Shown one piece after another: positions 27,426 through 37,516 of a stretch of 64,000 bases of DNA (position 1 is its first letter; every line of letters begins with the position of its first letter). Position numbers and translations under genes: made by a program. A model generated the notes under the pieces. That model saw only the letters and a program-made list of their open reading frames with translations. It made no database searches and was not told the DNA's origin. Where the stretch lies: the NCBI GenBank assembly GCA_004212155.1, contig RXIG01000015.1:1-64000 (forward strand). Reading direction: 5' to 3'. The stretch comes from an archaeon (lineage in GTDB: Archaea; Methanobacteriota_B; Thermococci; Methanofastidiosales; NM3).

Positions 27426-28409
27426 TCAATAATACGAGACAATATCCACGGGCTGGATCGAACCGCCCACGTTCGCATAGTACTGGGCATCGTATACGCC
27501 CAGATAAAGGCTATCCCATTTGTCCAGCGTATATGACGACCCGTCGTGTGTTTCCACGACAACGCCTTGATTCCTGTTGATATCGACCACTATCGCAGAC
27601 ATATCATTGTAATCTTCCCATTCCACATAGTAATAGAAGTATCCGTTGATGTTTCCATTCCACAGATTGGTATCGACGCCTAGGTCTTCAAACATTTTTG
27701 AAGGGGGATGTGTGCGAATACTGCCACCGGATGTCAGGACCGCATATGCCTTTTGCCTAAGGTACTCCGCATTTGAGGGCATCGTGTGGTCACGGGGGTC
27801 GTACGTTTCCCCCTCACCTGTCGTTGCGACAACGGCGATCCTGTCTAGCGTGACGATGGGGCTGCCTGCGGCGGTCGTGAGTATGATGTCGAGATCGTCG
27901 ATGAGCGTCTCATCGCCACTAAACGACAAGGCGTTCACGTCGACAGAAATAGAGACCTGTTCGCCGCTTCCCACGTAAATACCCCCGGTCTCGATGTTGA
28001 CACCGTCCCTCACGAACGTCACGTTGTCCGAGTGGGCCCCTTGATCGATGATCGAAAGGTAGAGCTCTTGATTAAGATTGTTCGTGAGAAGGATTACATC
28101 ATATCGCGATTCCTCGCTTCCCGCCTGGATGTCCTCAATGTAGAGCTCATAGGCCCCATCGCCATCTGTGTCCAGGAAGTAGGAATCGGTACCTGGGGAC
28201 AGGGCTATCAAGCCGGCAGGATCCTCGGCCAGCGCAAGAGACGTCTCACGCTCTACAAACACGCTCGAGTAGGCGCCAGTTCCCATCATGACAAGAATTG
28301 CGACGATGAGACAAAATCCAGCTACAATATACCCTTTCAATCCAAATCCCCATTTTTTCTCGTATTCCTCTAATATAAACTTATCCTGCATAACTTCGAC
28401 CAACGCCAT
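27426..28409 (-). CDS. DUF1102-like secreted protein with SipW-type signal
   Basis: Hydrophobic signal followed by GTGAYSSV.VER...L.LA.D..GLI.L; acidic beta-rich body. Confidence 0.7.
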   Translation of the reverse strand: MALVEVMQDKFILEEYEKKWGFGLKGYIVAGFCLIVAILVMMGTGAYSSVFVERETSLALAEDPAGLIALSPGTDSYFLDTDGDGAYELYIEDIQAGSEESRYDVILLTNNLNQELYLSIIDQGAHSDNVTFVRDGVNIETGGIYVGSGEQVSISVDVNALSFSGDETLIDDLDIILTTAAGSPIVTLDRIAVVATTGEGETYDPRDHTMPSNAEYLRQKAYAVLTSGGSIRTHPPSKMFEDLGVDTNLWNGNINGYFYYYVEWEDYNDMSAIVVDINRNQGVVVETHDGSSYTLDKWDSLYLGVYDAQYYANVGGSIQPVDIVSYY

Positions 28410-28444
28410 TGTAGAAAGCGCTTTAAAGCAGTATGAGCGAATAA

Positions 28445-29143
28445 GTGATGATGCTGCCAGTGACCCCGCTCATCGATGAACCGGCACTCGTGATCGAGAG
28501 CGATAAAAAGACACTTGTCATCGCCGACACCCATGTTGGTATCGAATACGAGCTGCTTAAAAAGGGTATCAACATCCCTCACCAGACTGAACAGGTGAAG
28601 GCATCCATAGAGCGTATCATAGGCATGACCGACGCCAAGCGGCTCGTGCTCCTTGGCGATGTGAAGCACAACATACCGACCGTCTCGATACTGGAAACGA
28701 AGACTGTGCCACGGTTCCTCGACTTCTCGATACCCGTCGATATCGTGAAAGGAAATCATGACGGTTCGATAGAGGCGCTTACCTCCGCTCCCGTCCATCC
28801 CTATCTCACACTGGACGGCATCGTGCTCAGCCATGGTCACAGGAACGTGCCAGAGATGCCATTCGAGACGCTCATACTAGGCCACTCGCATCCCGCCATC
28901 GAGATCACCGACGAGCTTGGCAATCGAACGAAGGAGAAATGCTGGATACGCGGGACATTCCCCGATGGCCGCGACATCATCATCATGCCTGCGTTCAATC
29001 CCCTCATCACGGGCATAACGTTCAACGGCAACCAGGACCGTATCCCGGGATCGCTCTTTCGATCTCATTCGGTCGAAGAGCTCTCAATGACGGCATACCT
29101 GCTTGATGGAACATATCTTGGCCACGTTGCGGACATCACATGA
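28445..29143 (+). CDS. Calcineurin-like metallophosphoesterase
   Basis: ADTHVG.E, GDVKH, GNHD, HGH, GHSHP, MPAFN. Confidence 0.9.
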   Translation: MMMLPVTPLIDEPALVIESDKKTLVIADTHVGIEYELLKKGINIPHQTEQVKASIERIIGMTDAKRLVLLGDVKHNIPTVSILETKTVPRFLDFSIPVDIVKGNHDGSIEALTSAPVHPYLTLDGIVLSHGHRNVPEMPFETLILGHSHPAIEITDELGNRTKEKCWIRGTFPDGRDIIIMPAFNPLITGITFNGNQDRIPGSLFRSHSVEELSMTAYLLDGTYLGHVADIT

Positions 29144-29236
29144 AGCACGAATCATCCCGTCTGATGCATACAGCAGAAGGGGGGCGTATGAGCGCCTTTT
29201 ATGCGTAGCGCTCATGGGTCCGATGATAAAACGCCT

Positions 29237-30340
29237 TCATATGAGGAACGAACCGTTCTCGTAGAACAGCTCGCCGTCGGCATAGACCTTGCCGCCGTCT
29301 CTCATGTCCTTGAGTATGTCGAGGTGTATGGACGATTCGTTCTTGCCAATGCTGGGATCGGGAGAGAGCCCGAGTGCGAGATGCATCGTGCCGCCCATCT
29401 TCTCATCAAAGAGCATCTCCTTGGTGAACTCCTTCGCTCCGTAGTTGGTGCCGATGGCAATCTCGCCCACTTTGCTTGAACCCCCATCAAGCGCGATGAC
29501 GTCGTCAAGGAGCTTCTGGCCCTTGGCGGCAGACGCTGAGACGACCTCGCCATCCTTGAACGTGAGGCGCACGTCCTCTATCTCGTTTCCCATGTAGATA
29601 AGGGGGTAGGTGAACCGTATCGTGCCCTGGGCGCTGTCCTCAACGGGGCATGTGAACACCTCGCCGTCGGGGAAGTTGATATGACCGTCGCAGTTGAGCC
29701 ATGTTCGCCCTTTTGTGGAAAACGTTATGTCAGTATCCTGTCCAACATACCTGATCTCATCCTTGTTGTTGAGCCACGTGCATATCTTTTCCTGTTTGGC
29801 AGAGATGTCCTTCCACGCCCGGATGGGGTCATCCTCGCCGAACAGGCAGGCGTTGTAGACAAAATCCTCGTACTGCAAAAGCGACATCGATGCCTCCTGC
29901 GCCTGGGCGTCTGTGGGATATGCCGTGAGCACCCATTTGTATTCTCCCCTTCGTTCTCGTTCGCTTACTGCCTTGATCATGTCCGCATATGCCTTCTGGG
30001 TGCGAGCGAGCCTGGAAGAATCGACTCGTGAAAACGCCTTCGTGTTCGTCTCTGCGATGAACTCTATGGCCCTGTCAACGGTGCGGTAGAGATAATCGAT
30101 GGATATGTCCACCTGGTCGAGCTGCGCATCGCTGGCGTATTCAAAAAAAATCTCCTTGGCATGGTGCGATTCGGGATAAAGGATCGGATATGCCCCCGCC
30201 TTTAGGACCTCTTTGTATGCCTCTAACATAGCTTGTTCGGCGCATGTGGGTCCAATGATGAGGACCTTCATCCCTTCCTTGACCCCTGCTGAGTAATTGA
30301 CCATGACATTTGCAAGCTTTTCAAGATAATCTCCTTTCAC
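29237..30340 (-). CDS. Aminopeptidase, M29 (AmpS/AmpT) family
   Basis: NFPDGEVFT, GEIAIGTN, LFDEKMGGTMHLALG, S.IHLD; start moved to GTG 30340. Confidence 0.92.
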   Translation of the reverse strand: MKGDYLEKLANVMVNYSAGVKEGMKVLIIGPTCAEQAMLEAYKEVLKAGAYPILYPESHHAKEIFFEYASDAQLDQVDISIDYLYRTVDRAIEFIAETNTKAFSRVDSSRLARTQKAYADMIKAVSERERRGEYKWVLTAYPTDAQAQEASMSLLQYEDFVYNACLFGEDDPIRAWKDISAKQEKICTWLNNKDEIRYVGQDTDITFSTKGRTWLNCDGHINFPDGEVFTCPVEDSAQGTIRFTYPLIYMGNEIEDVRLTFKDGEVVSASAAKGQKLLDDVIALDGGSSKVGEIAIGTNYGAKEFTKEMLFDEKMGGTMHLALGLSPDPSIGKNESSIHLDILKDMRDGGKVYADGELFYENGSFLI

Positions 30341-30395
30341 GAAAATCACATTTGAAATAGATACGGGAGATAAAAAGGTTAACTGCAAAAAAAGA

Positions 30396-30911
30396 TTATC
30401 CTGAAGGCCCTTTATTGGGGGAACACAAAAAGATGACATCCTCACCATGCACGTGGCGTTGTTCTACCCTGAAAATGCGCTCTATGGACTCGCCGATCTC
30501 GTCGAACATGGGTTTGTTCAGATAGGTAAGGAGGCAGCGTCCGCGCGGATGCAGCACGCGCCCTATTTCTCTCAATGCGGCATGGTAGTCTGGAATGTTT
30601 TGAAGCACGGTAAAAGAGAAGACCCAGTCGAAGTGATCGTCGGGGAAGGGAATGTCCGTTGCATCCGCCTCTCTCGCGTTCATGCGCCGTGCCGCCCGCA
30701 TGAGCATGCCGGGCGATATGTCAATGCCATCGATGTCTGATCCCAGGTATTCTGCAAGCAAGCCCGTGCCGCACCCTACATCCAGCACCCGCCCGCATAT
30801 GGGGCCTGTAAGCGATAGTGCAAATCTATACTTGTCCCGCTGGATGGACCTGTAGCGAGCATCATAGTGGGGTGCGGAAGCATCGTAGCTTGCCGCAATG
30901 TCCTTTTCCAT
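30396..30911 (-). CDS. Class I SAM-dependent methyltransferase
   Basis: VLDVGCGTG, GIDIS..ML, DA..IPF.D..FD. Confidence 0.88.
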   Translation of the reverse strand: MEKDIAASYDASAPHYDARYRSIQRDKYRFALSLTGPICGRVLDVGCGTGLLAEYLGSDIDGIDISPGMLMRAARRMNAREADATDIPFPDDHFDWVFSFTVLQNIPDYHAALREIGRVLHPRGRCLLTYLNKPMFDEIGESIERIFRVEQRHVHGEDVIFLCSPNKGPSG

Positions 30912-30988
30912 GGTGAACACACATCTCCGAACAGTAAAAAAATCTTTGCCCACATTCATCAGGAAAAAGAGGGACCACTTTGAAGTCA

Positions 30989-31837
30989 CTATCGGATGGC
31001 AAGCACGAGCATGAGTGTGAGAAGCCCCCCCAGCGCTATGTTGATGTAGGGCAGGACCCAGTAGACGCGCCTGATATCCAACGTTTCGTCTGCAAGCAAG
31101 GCAGCCGGAACGAGGGGATATGCCAGAGACAGGAAGCTGAGCACGTGCATGTCACTCAGCACAATGGCGAGTATGGCCAATATGCCCCAGAAAACGAGGC
31201 ATAGCGCAAGTGAAGCCCGATGCCCCAAAAAGGTCGCTGTCGTGCGGATGCCTGCTGCCGCATCGTAGGTGATATCGGGGATTGCGGAGAAAAGGTGCAT
31301 GGCGGCGATGTGGCAATACCCTGCCACCACAAGGACAAGCGAGGGAAGCTCGCCAGCGGCGAGATGATATGCGAATATGCCGGGCATCACATAGAGCATG
31401 TTCGAGGAGAAGTCGATAAATGGTATGCCCTTGAATCGCAGCGGAGGGGCGCTGTAGAAGTAGGAAAGCAGGAGGAACGTGGCAAAGAGTGCCCGTAGTA
31501 CCATGCCATCCTGCACGACCATCAAAACGATGCTCAGCACGACGACGAAAGCGAGCACCCTGCTGAGCTCCGAGCGCTGCGAGGATGCAAGGCGAATCTC
31601 CTTTTCCCCCTTTTTCGGATTGCCTTTGTCGGTGGCAGCGTCCCAGTAATCGTTTACGCCATATATGAGGATATTGGCTGGAACGAAAAAGTAGAGCAGG
31701 TAGATGAAATACTCGGGCCTGTAGAATGCAGCCCATGATTGTGCCGCGATGCAGTACCCCACGACGAACGTGCCTGCGGTGTAGATCCAAAATCGTGGCC
31801 GGGAGAGGCGTAGATAGTAGCGTGCCCGCTCATACAT
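30989..31837 (-). CDS. lyeJ: Lycopene elongase/hydratase (LyeJ/CrtEb, UbiA family)
   Basis: LSRPRFWIYTAG, PANILIYGVNDYWD..TD..NPKK, YSAPPLRFK, MHLFSAIPDI..D. Confidence 0.88.
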   Translation of the reverse strand: MYERARYYLRLSRPRFWIYTAGTFVVGYCIAAQSWAAFYRPEYFIYLLYFFVPANILIYGVNDYWDAATDKGNPKKGEKEIRLASSQRSELSRVLAFVVVLSIVLMVVQDGMVLRALFATFLLLSYFYSAPPLRFKGIPFIDFSSNMLYVMPGIFAYHLAAGELPSLVLVVAGYCHIAAMHLFSAIPDITYDAAAGIRTTATFLGHRASLALCLVFWGILAILAIVLSDMHVLSFLSLAYPLVPAALLADETLDIRRVYWVLPYINIALGGLLTLMLVLAIR

Positions 31838-32735
31838 TGCGACATTCCTCTGTACCCATGGCGTTGGTGTAGATGCTCATCTTCCCATAGGGGTTGATGA
31901 GATTTTTCAGTCCATGGACGAGTATGAAAAACGATGTTGGCTTGACCTTTTGACGGTAGACCACGAGTGGGTCTTTGTATATCTTGTGCGCCGTCCACAG
32001 GTACATGTCGGATGCCGTCTTAATGGGCACGAGGTAGCGCCGGGGAATGTATGAGAACCCCTCCTCGGCCCGCTCCATCCATGCAAGATAGCGCCGTATC
32101 TGGATGCGGACACAGTGTGCGAATTGTTCAGGATGGGTCGATACGGCCTCGTAGTCGAGACTCGTAAGGCCGCATGCCCTCATGTCGCTTTCGGGAAAGT
32201 AGCGGCGCTTGAGTCCTATGTCCTCGTTGATGTCCCGTATGAAGTTGATATACTGGTATGCTCGTCCGAGATACCGTGCAGACATGTCTGCCTCGGGGGG
32301 AAGCCTCATGATACGCGCCATCATCAGCCCAACCACCTCTGCCGACCCGTAGAGGTAGGTCTCGACCTCCTCCATGGTGGTGTAATGTTCCTTGGTGATG
32401 TCCATCTCCATGGATGCAAAGAACGCATCTATCCACGACTGGTCGAATCCCATCCGCTGTTGCAGCTCGACGAAAGAGTCGATGATCTCGTCGCCGGCGG
32501 GCACCCCGCCAAGAGCAGCATGGTAACGCTCTTTAAATGAGTAAAACTCATCGGCCTGTTGTGGGATGGAATCTACATAATCGTCTGCCGTGCGTACGAA
32601 CGCATAGAGCCTCGTCACATCCTTTTTCACATCGGAAGGGAAGAACTTGCTACTGTAAAAGAATGTGGTACTGCCCTTCCTGAAGATAGAGTCCAACACC
32701 CGCTCCGACATGCCATCACTGTTCATTTTTTTCAA
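31830..32735 (-). CDS. crtB: Phytoene synthase
   Basis: [44 protein letters not shown]. Confidence 0.92.
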   Translation of the reverse strand: MKKMNSDGMSERVLDSIFRKGSTTFFYSSKFFPSDVKKDVTRLYAFVRTADDYVDSIPQQADEFYSFKERYHAALGGVPAGDEIIDSFVELQQRMGFDQSWIDAFFASMEMDITKEHYTTMEEVETYLYGSAEVVGLMMARIMRLPPEADMSARYLGRAYQYINFIRDINEDIGLKRRYFPESDMRACGLTSLDYEAVSTHPEQFAHCVRIQIRRYLAWMERAEEGFSYIPRRYLVPIKTASDMYLWTAHKIYKDPLVVYRQKVKPTSFFILVHGLKNLINPYGKMSIYTNAMGTEECRNV

Positions 32736-34197
32736 CGAGGTCGCTCACTATCTGGGATGCTATGAGCGTCATCGGGACGCCTATCCCCGGATGCGTGTAC
32801 TGACCCGTGTAATAGAGATTGTGTACCTTCTTGCTCCGATGTGCGGGCCGCCATACCGCCGTTTGTTTGAGGGTATGTACGATGCTGAGCGCAGTGCCCT
32901 TGTAGGCATGGTAGTCGTTTGCGTAGTCGTTGACCGCGAAGATGCGCTTGCTTACGATATGGTCGCGTATGGTCATATCCACCGTGTCTTCGAGATGATC
33001 CATTATCTGGTTGAAGAATCGTTCACGCAGCTCCGGCGTGTCCTCGAGACCGGGAGCGAGCGGAACGAGTATGAAGAGCGTTTCACCGCCAGGTGGTGCA
33101 AGGCCCGGGTCGGTCTTTGAAGGCACGTTAACATAGTAGGATGGCGACTTTGGCCATGCGGGCGAATCGGATTCGAAGATCTCATCGAAGTTTCTTGCCC
33201 AGTCGCGGTCGAGGAACAATGAATGGTGTCGCAATTTTTCGATTGTTGTATCGATGCCTACAAAAGCAACGAACGCGGATGGAGCAAGTATGCGGGAATC
33301 CCAGTACTTCTTGTCGTAGGTCTGATACTCCTCGGGTATGAGTTGGAGCTCGCTGTAGGGGTAGTCTGCGTTCACGACGACGACATCGGCGTCAATCTCC
33401 CGATTCTCTGTCACCACAGTCGTGGCCCTGCCCTCCTTGACCTTTATCTCGGTGACGTCCTCACCAAGGATGACGTGAGCGCCGTTTTCCACCGCCAGCT
33501 CGTATATGCTGGATGCAACCCTGCCCATGCCCCCTTCGGGGAACCATACACCAAGGGAGAAGTCAACATACGACATCAACTGATATATGGCGGGCGTGAT
33601 CTTGGGGGAGCCGCCAAGGAATCCTATGGAATACTCGAGGATCTTTATGGCCTCATCACTTGAAAAGTACTTGCGTACGAGGTCGTCGAGATTGCCGAAC
33701 ACGCCAAGTTTCGTGCCCTTGCGCAGCATGTCCCAGCTCAAAAGATCGAGGACGCTCTTGTAATCCTTGTAGAGCGTTCCCTCCATCGCGGTATCGTACT
33801 TGACCTTGGCAAGATCGAGGAACTCGCGAAGCTTCTCCCCACCGTTAGGTTCGAGTTTGTTGAAGAGTGCCACGTTCTTCTCGAAATCGGCATGCACGTC
33901 GACGATGTTGTCATGGGAAAAGAAGATACGGTATTGGGGGTCGAGACGCTGGAGCTCGTAGAAATCTGCAGGCGTCTTGCCAAACAATGCGAAGAACTCC
34001 TCGAACACATCGGGCATAAGGTACCAGGAAGGGCCCATGTCAAATTGGAATCCCTTATCTTTGTGCACTCGCGCCCTGCCGCCGTATAGTTCATTTTTCT
34101 CCACGAGCGTGACATCATGTCCCTTGTGCGCAAGAAGTGCGGCAGCGGCAAGCCCGCCAAATCCAGAGCCCACTATTACTATGCGTTTTCCCTTCAT
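32716..34197 (-). CDS. crtI: Phytoene desaturase-family protein (CrtI/CrtD)
   Basis: GSGFGGL FAD motif, [27 protein letters not shown]. Confidence 0.9.
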   Translation of the reverse strand: MKGKRIVIVGSGFGGLAAAALLAHKGHDVTLVEKNELYGGRARVHKDKGFQFDMGPSWYLMPDVFEEFFALFGKTPADFYELQRLDPQYRIFFSHDNIVDVHADFEKNVALFNKLEPNGGEKLREFLDLAKVKYDTAMEGTLYKDYKSVLDLLSWDMLRKGTKLGVFGNLDDLVRKYFSSDEAIKILEYSIGFLGGSPKITPAIYQLMSYVDFSLGVWFPEGGMGRVASSIYELAVENGAHVILGEDVTEIKVKEGRATTVVTENREIDADVVVVNADYPYSELQLIPEEYQTYDKKYWDSRILAPSAFVAFVGIDTTIEKLRHHSLFLDRDWARNFDEIFESDSPAWPKSPSYYVNVPSKTDPGLAPPGGETLFILVPLAPGLEDTPELRERFFNQIMDHLEDTVDMTIRDHIVSKRIFAVNDYANDYHAYKGTALSIVHTLKQTAVWRPAHRSKKVHNLYYTGQYTHPGIGVPMTLIASQIVSDLVEKNEQ

Positions 34198-34314
34198 GAG
34201 TAGTATTCGATTAGAGAAAATATAAACCTATTCTACGGTTGCAGTGCGACAAGAATTCATTTTTTAGACAATCCCTTGCACAACAAATAAAAATCTTGAA
34301 ACGGTTCCAAATAC

Positions 34315-35073
34315 ATGGTGCGTACACCGCGCATTCCCATCGCTGGCCTTTGCTGCTTTTTCGTAGGTATTGTGGGTATGCGGTTCACGGCAACGACGCA
34401 TGCGCCCGCTATCTCCGGCATCTTCATCATCGCCCTTGCAGTACCGAGCATATACTACCTTACTCGATGGGTCGGGATTGCCAGGGGTGTGGCCATCGTT
34501 GGGTTGCTTGGGTCGCTCTCGCTTGTTATCGAGGGAAGCGCCATCCTTACCGGCGTGCCCTATGGGGAGTTCCAGTATACCGGAGCTCTTGGACCCCGTC
34601 TCTTCGACGCTGTGCCGGGCATCGTGGCATTCGCCTACCTGCCATTGCTCTTTGGAAGCGTTGCCATGGCAGGACATGTATGGCGTGGCGTCCCATGGAG
34701 GTTCGTGGCGTCTGGCGCTTTGTTCCTTGTTGCCATCGACAGTGTACTCGACCCTGCCATCGTGCATGCGGGATTATGGGCATGGAAGACGGAGGGCGCC
34801 TACTACGGCGTGCCTCTGATAAACTTCATCGGATGGGCCGCCACGGGTACGGTGTACACTGCTCTCTTCTTTCTGATGGTGAGAAGACCATTGCGCTCCC
34901 ATAGAACGGTACCTATTTCCATCGCTTCGAGCCTCATGCTCATCCTGCCCCTATGGACAGGATACCTCCTTCGTGAAATGCTCATCGTGCCCGGATGCCT
35001 GGGGATCGCGCTCTCGCTTGCCCTTGGGATGACCTACGTACGTCAAGCTGACTGGGCGAGCAATTCACCATGA
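34315..35073 (+). CDS. cruF: Carotenoid 1,2-hydratase CruF (bisanhydrobacterioruberin hydratase-like)
   Basis: IE...I.TG.PYG.F.Y...LG, D.VLDP, W.W...YYGVPL.NF.GW. Confidence 0.85.
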   Translation: MVRTPRIPIAGLCCFFVGIVGMRFTATTHAPAISGIFIIALAVPSIYYLTRWVGIARGVAIVGLLGSLSLVIEGSAILTGVPYGEFQYTGALGPRLFDAVPGIVAFAYLPLLFGSVAMAGHVWRGVPWRFVASGALFLVAIDSVLDPAIVHAGLWAWKTEGAYYGVPLINFIGWAATGTVYTALFFLMVRRPLRSHRTVPISIASSLMLILPLWTGYLLREMLIVPGCLGIALSLALGMTYVRQADWASNSP

Positions 35074-35121
35074 CGCAGCTATCTAAAAGCTTAAATACGG
35101 CCACGGCGAAACGTCCCAAGA

Positions 35122-37410
35122 ATGGCACATAAGGGATTTATCGTCCATGCAACCACAACGGTCGAGGACGGCCACCCATTCATAATCCTCTATGGAAGGT
35201 TCACAAACAACGAAAGCTTCAAGGCCCTCGTGCCGTATGCGCCATATTTCTACATAAGGGAACGCGACGTGGAAAAGGCGCGTCCGCTTATCGATGGCAC
35301 GATAACTGCGCATGATGCCCGCACCTTTGACGATGAGCCCGTTGCGAAGGTGACGGTCCAACTCCCTTCATCCGTCCGACACCTCCGAACGGCGCTGGAG
35401 GAAAAGGGCATCGAGTGTTACGAGGCCGACATCAAGTTCGAGATGCGTTATCTCATCGACATGGACATCAGAGGATTTGTCACGCTAAAGGGGCCCTCCC
35501 ACAGAGACGGCAGGGTCGACCACGTGTTCGTATCTCCTGCCGTCGAGGCGGCAGACCGCCAGGATCTCAAGCTGCGTGTGCTCTCCATTGACATAGAGAC
35601 GAGCGAGCAGGGACTCGACGACACTTCGGCACCCATCTACTCCATCGGCCTCTACGGGGACGGCATCCAGGAAGTACTCTTCAACGGTGCGCCGTGCGAG
35701 GGCGCCACCCACTGTGCTGACGAGAAGGCGCTCTTGCAGGCGTTCAGGCGGCGAATCCTCGACAACGACCCCGACGTCATCGTGGGATGGAACATCGTGG
35801 ACTTTGACATGCACTACCTGATGGAAAGATTCAAGGCGCACGGCATTCCATTTGATATAGGGAGAAGTGAGGCGACGCTCCATCTCAGGACCGAGAGCTC
35901 GTTCATCCGGGCCTCCCGCGCACAGGTTGAGGGCAGGATGGTGCTGGACGGGATGCACCTGCTGCGCGACTACTTCTATCGATTCGATGACTACCGGCTC
36001 GATACCGCGGCACGGGAACTCATAGACGAGGCGAAGCTACGATTCGATGGCGACATGACCGCGCTCTACGAGAGCGACCCTGCAATGCTGGCACGCTACA
36101 ATCTCCATGACGCGTATCTCGTCTACCGCATTCTGGAACAAGAGCGCCTCATTGAGCTTACGATGATGCTTTCGACGCTCACTGGCATGCAGATGGACCG
36201 GGTAAAGGCATCGATTGCAACGCTCGACTCACTCTACCTGCGCCGAGCGCGCTCGATCTCGCTCGTCTGCCCGTCGGTAAAAGGAGGTACGCGCATCGCA
36301 GTTGCGGGCGGCTACGTCGAGGAGCCCGATGTTGGCATCTACGACCATGTGCTGCTCTGTGACTTCCGGAGCCTTTACCCCTCGATCATCGCCACGTTCA
36401 ACATCGATCCCCTCACATTCGACAAGGGCGACATCTGCGCCCCGAATGGCGCCTGTTTTGGCACGGGGACGTCTGTCATTCCCGCTCTCGTTCTTGAGCT
36501 GCTCGAGGCGCGGCAGACAGCAAAGGCCAGCGGCGAGTACACGAAGCAGTTTGCCATCAAGATCATCATGAACTCTATATTCGGCGTGCTTGGCAATCCC
36601 AACTGCCGATTCTACAACTCGGATATCGCAAACGCCGTCACCTCCTTCGGACGCCAGATCATCCAAACCACGGCAGATGTCGTCGAACGCATGGGGTATC
36701 ACGTCATCTACGGTGACACGGATTCCATCTTCGTCCTCTCTCGAGCCGATGATGCCAAGAGCGCACGAGAGATAGGACAACGCATCGAACGCGAGATAAA
36801 CGCCTTTTACAAGGAGTACATACAGAAGAACTTTCATCGTGAAACGCATATCCACCTCGAATTCGAGACCCATTTTGAACGGTTTTACCTTCCGCGTCAA
36901 CGCCATGACGAAAAGGGGGCAAAGAAGCGCTATGCCGGCCTCGTCGACGGGAAGCTGCGCATCGTCGGCCTCGAGTATGTCCGACGCGACTGGACCCAAC
37001 TTGCCAAGGAGTTCCAGTACGAGCTGCTCAGGAAGGTATTCTTCGATGAGGATTACCAGACGTTCATACGCGATTACGTGCATGACCTCAAAAAGGGACG
37101 CCATGATGAGAAGCTTGTCTACCGCAAGCGTCTGAGAAAAGGCGTCGATGAGTATACGAAGACCACACCGCCCCATGTCAAGGCGGCACGCCAGCTCGGG
37201 CCGCGCGTGCACGAGAACGGCATGCTCATCGAGTACCTCATGACAAGAAAGGGTCCCCAGCCGGCGCAACTCGCCCACGGCATCGACTATGCGCACTATA
37301 TCGAGAAGCAGATACGGCCGATAGCGACATCCGTTCTCACCCTCCTTGGCCTGAAGTTCGAGGATGTGCTGACCGGTGGCTCACAGAAGAAACTGACCGA
37401 TTTTCTCTGA
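35122..37410 (+). CDS. polB: Family B DNA polymerase, DNA Pol II-like
   Basis: Exonuclease motifs DIET, GWN..DFD, YN..D; polymerase motifs DFRSLYPSII, KIIMNS.FG, YGDTDS, KKRYAG; C-terminal PIP box QKKLTDFL. Confidence 0.93.
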   Translation: MAHKGFIVHATTTVEDGHPFIILYGRFTNNESFKALVPYAPYFYIRERDVEKARPLIDGTITAHDARTFDDEPVAKVTVQLPSSVRHLRTALEEKGIECYEADIKFEMRYLIDMDIRGFVTLKGPSHRDGRVDHVFVSPAVEAADRQDLKLRVLSIDIETSEQGLDDTSAPIYSIGLYGDGIQEVLFNGAPCEGATHCADEKALLQAFRRRILDNDPDVIVGWNIVDFDMHYLMERFKAHGIPFDIGRSEATLHLRTESSFIRASRAQVEGRMVLDGMHLLRDYFYRFDDYRLDTAARELIDEAKLRFDGDMTALYESDPAMLARYNLHDAYLVYRILEQERLIELTMMLSTLTGMQMDRVKASIATLDSLYLRRARSISLVCPSVKGGTRIAVAGGYVEEPDVGIYDHVLLCDFRSLYPSIIATFNIDPLTFDKGDICAPNGACFGTGTSVIPALVLELLEARQTAKASGEYTKQFAIKIIMNSIFGVLGNPNCRFYNSDIANAVTSFGRQIIQTTADVVERMGYHVIYGDTDSIFVLSRADDAKSAREIGQRIEREINAFYKEYIQKNFHRETHIHLEFETHFERFYLPRQRHDEKGAKKRYAGLVDGKLRIVGLEYVRRDWTQLAKEFQYELLRKVFFDEDYQTFIRDYVHDLKKGRHDEKLVYRKRLRKGVDEYTKTTPPHVKAARQLGPRVHENGMLIEYLMTRKGPQPAQLAHGIDYAHYIEKQIRPIATSVLTLLGLKFEDVLTGGSQKKLTDFL

Positions 37411-37516
37411 ATGCCCCCGGCGGATCCATGCCCTCAAAAGGCCAGCGTCCTGCACGGCAATATTTAAAAGCATATAAAAATAAGGAAGGTCAACAAGAGC
37501 TAAACGAGGCATCATC

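Noticed and set aside
30396-30911. Methyltransferase as a carotenoid O-methyltransferase (CrtF) of the crt operon
   Set aside because: Short generic class I enzyme, separated from lyeJ by a 77-bp gap with T-tracts; no CrtF-like dimerisation domain
36229-37296. 355-aa antisense ORF inside polB, and similar shadows (214..999, 7989..8798, 16358..17125, 22475..23245, 39248..39961)
   Set aside because: They lie opposite well-supported genes and carry no motifs, as expected from GC-rich codon bias
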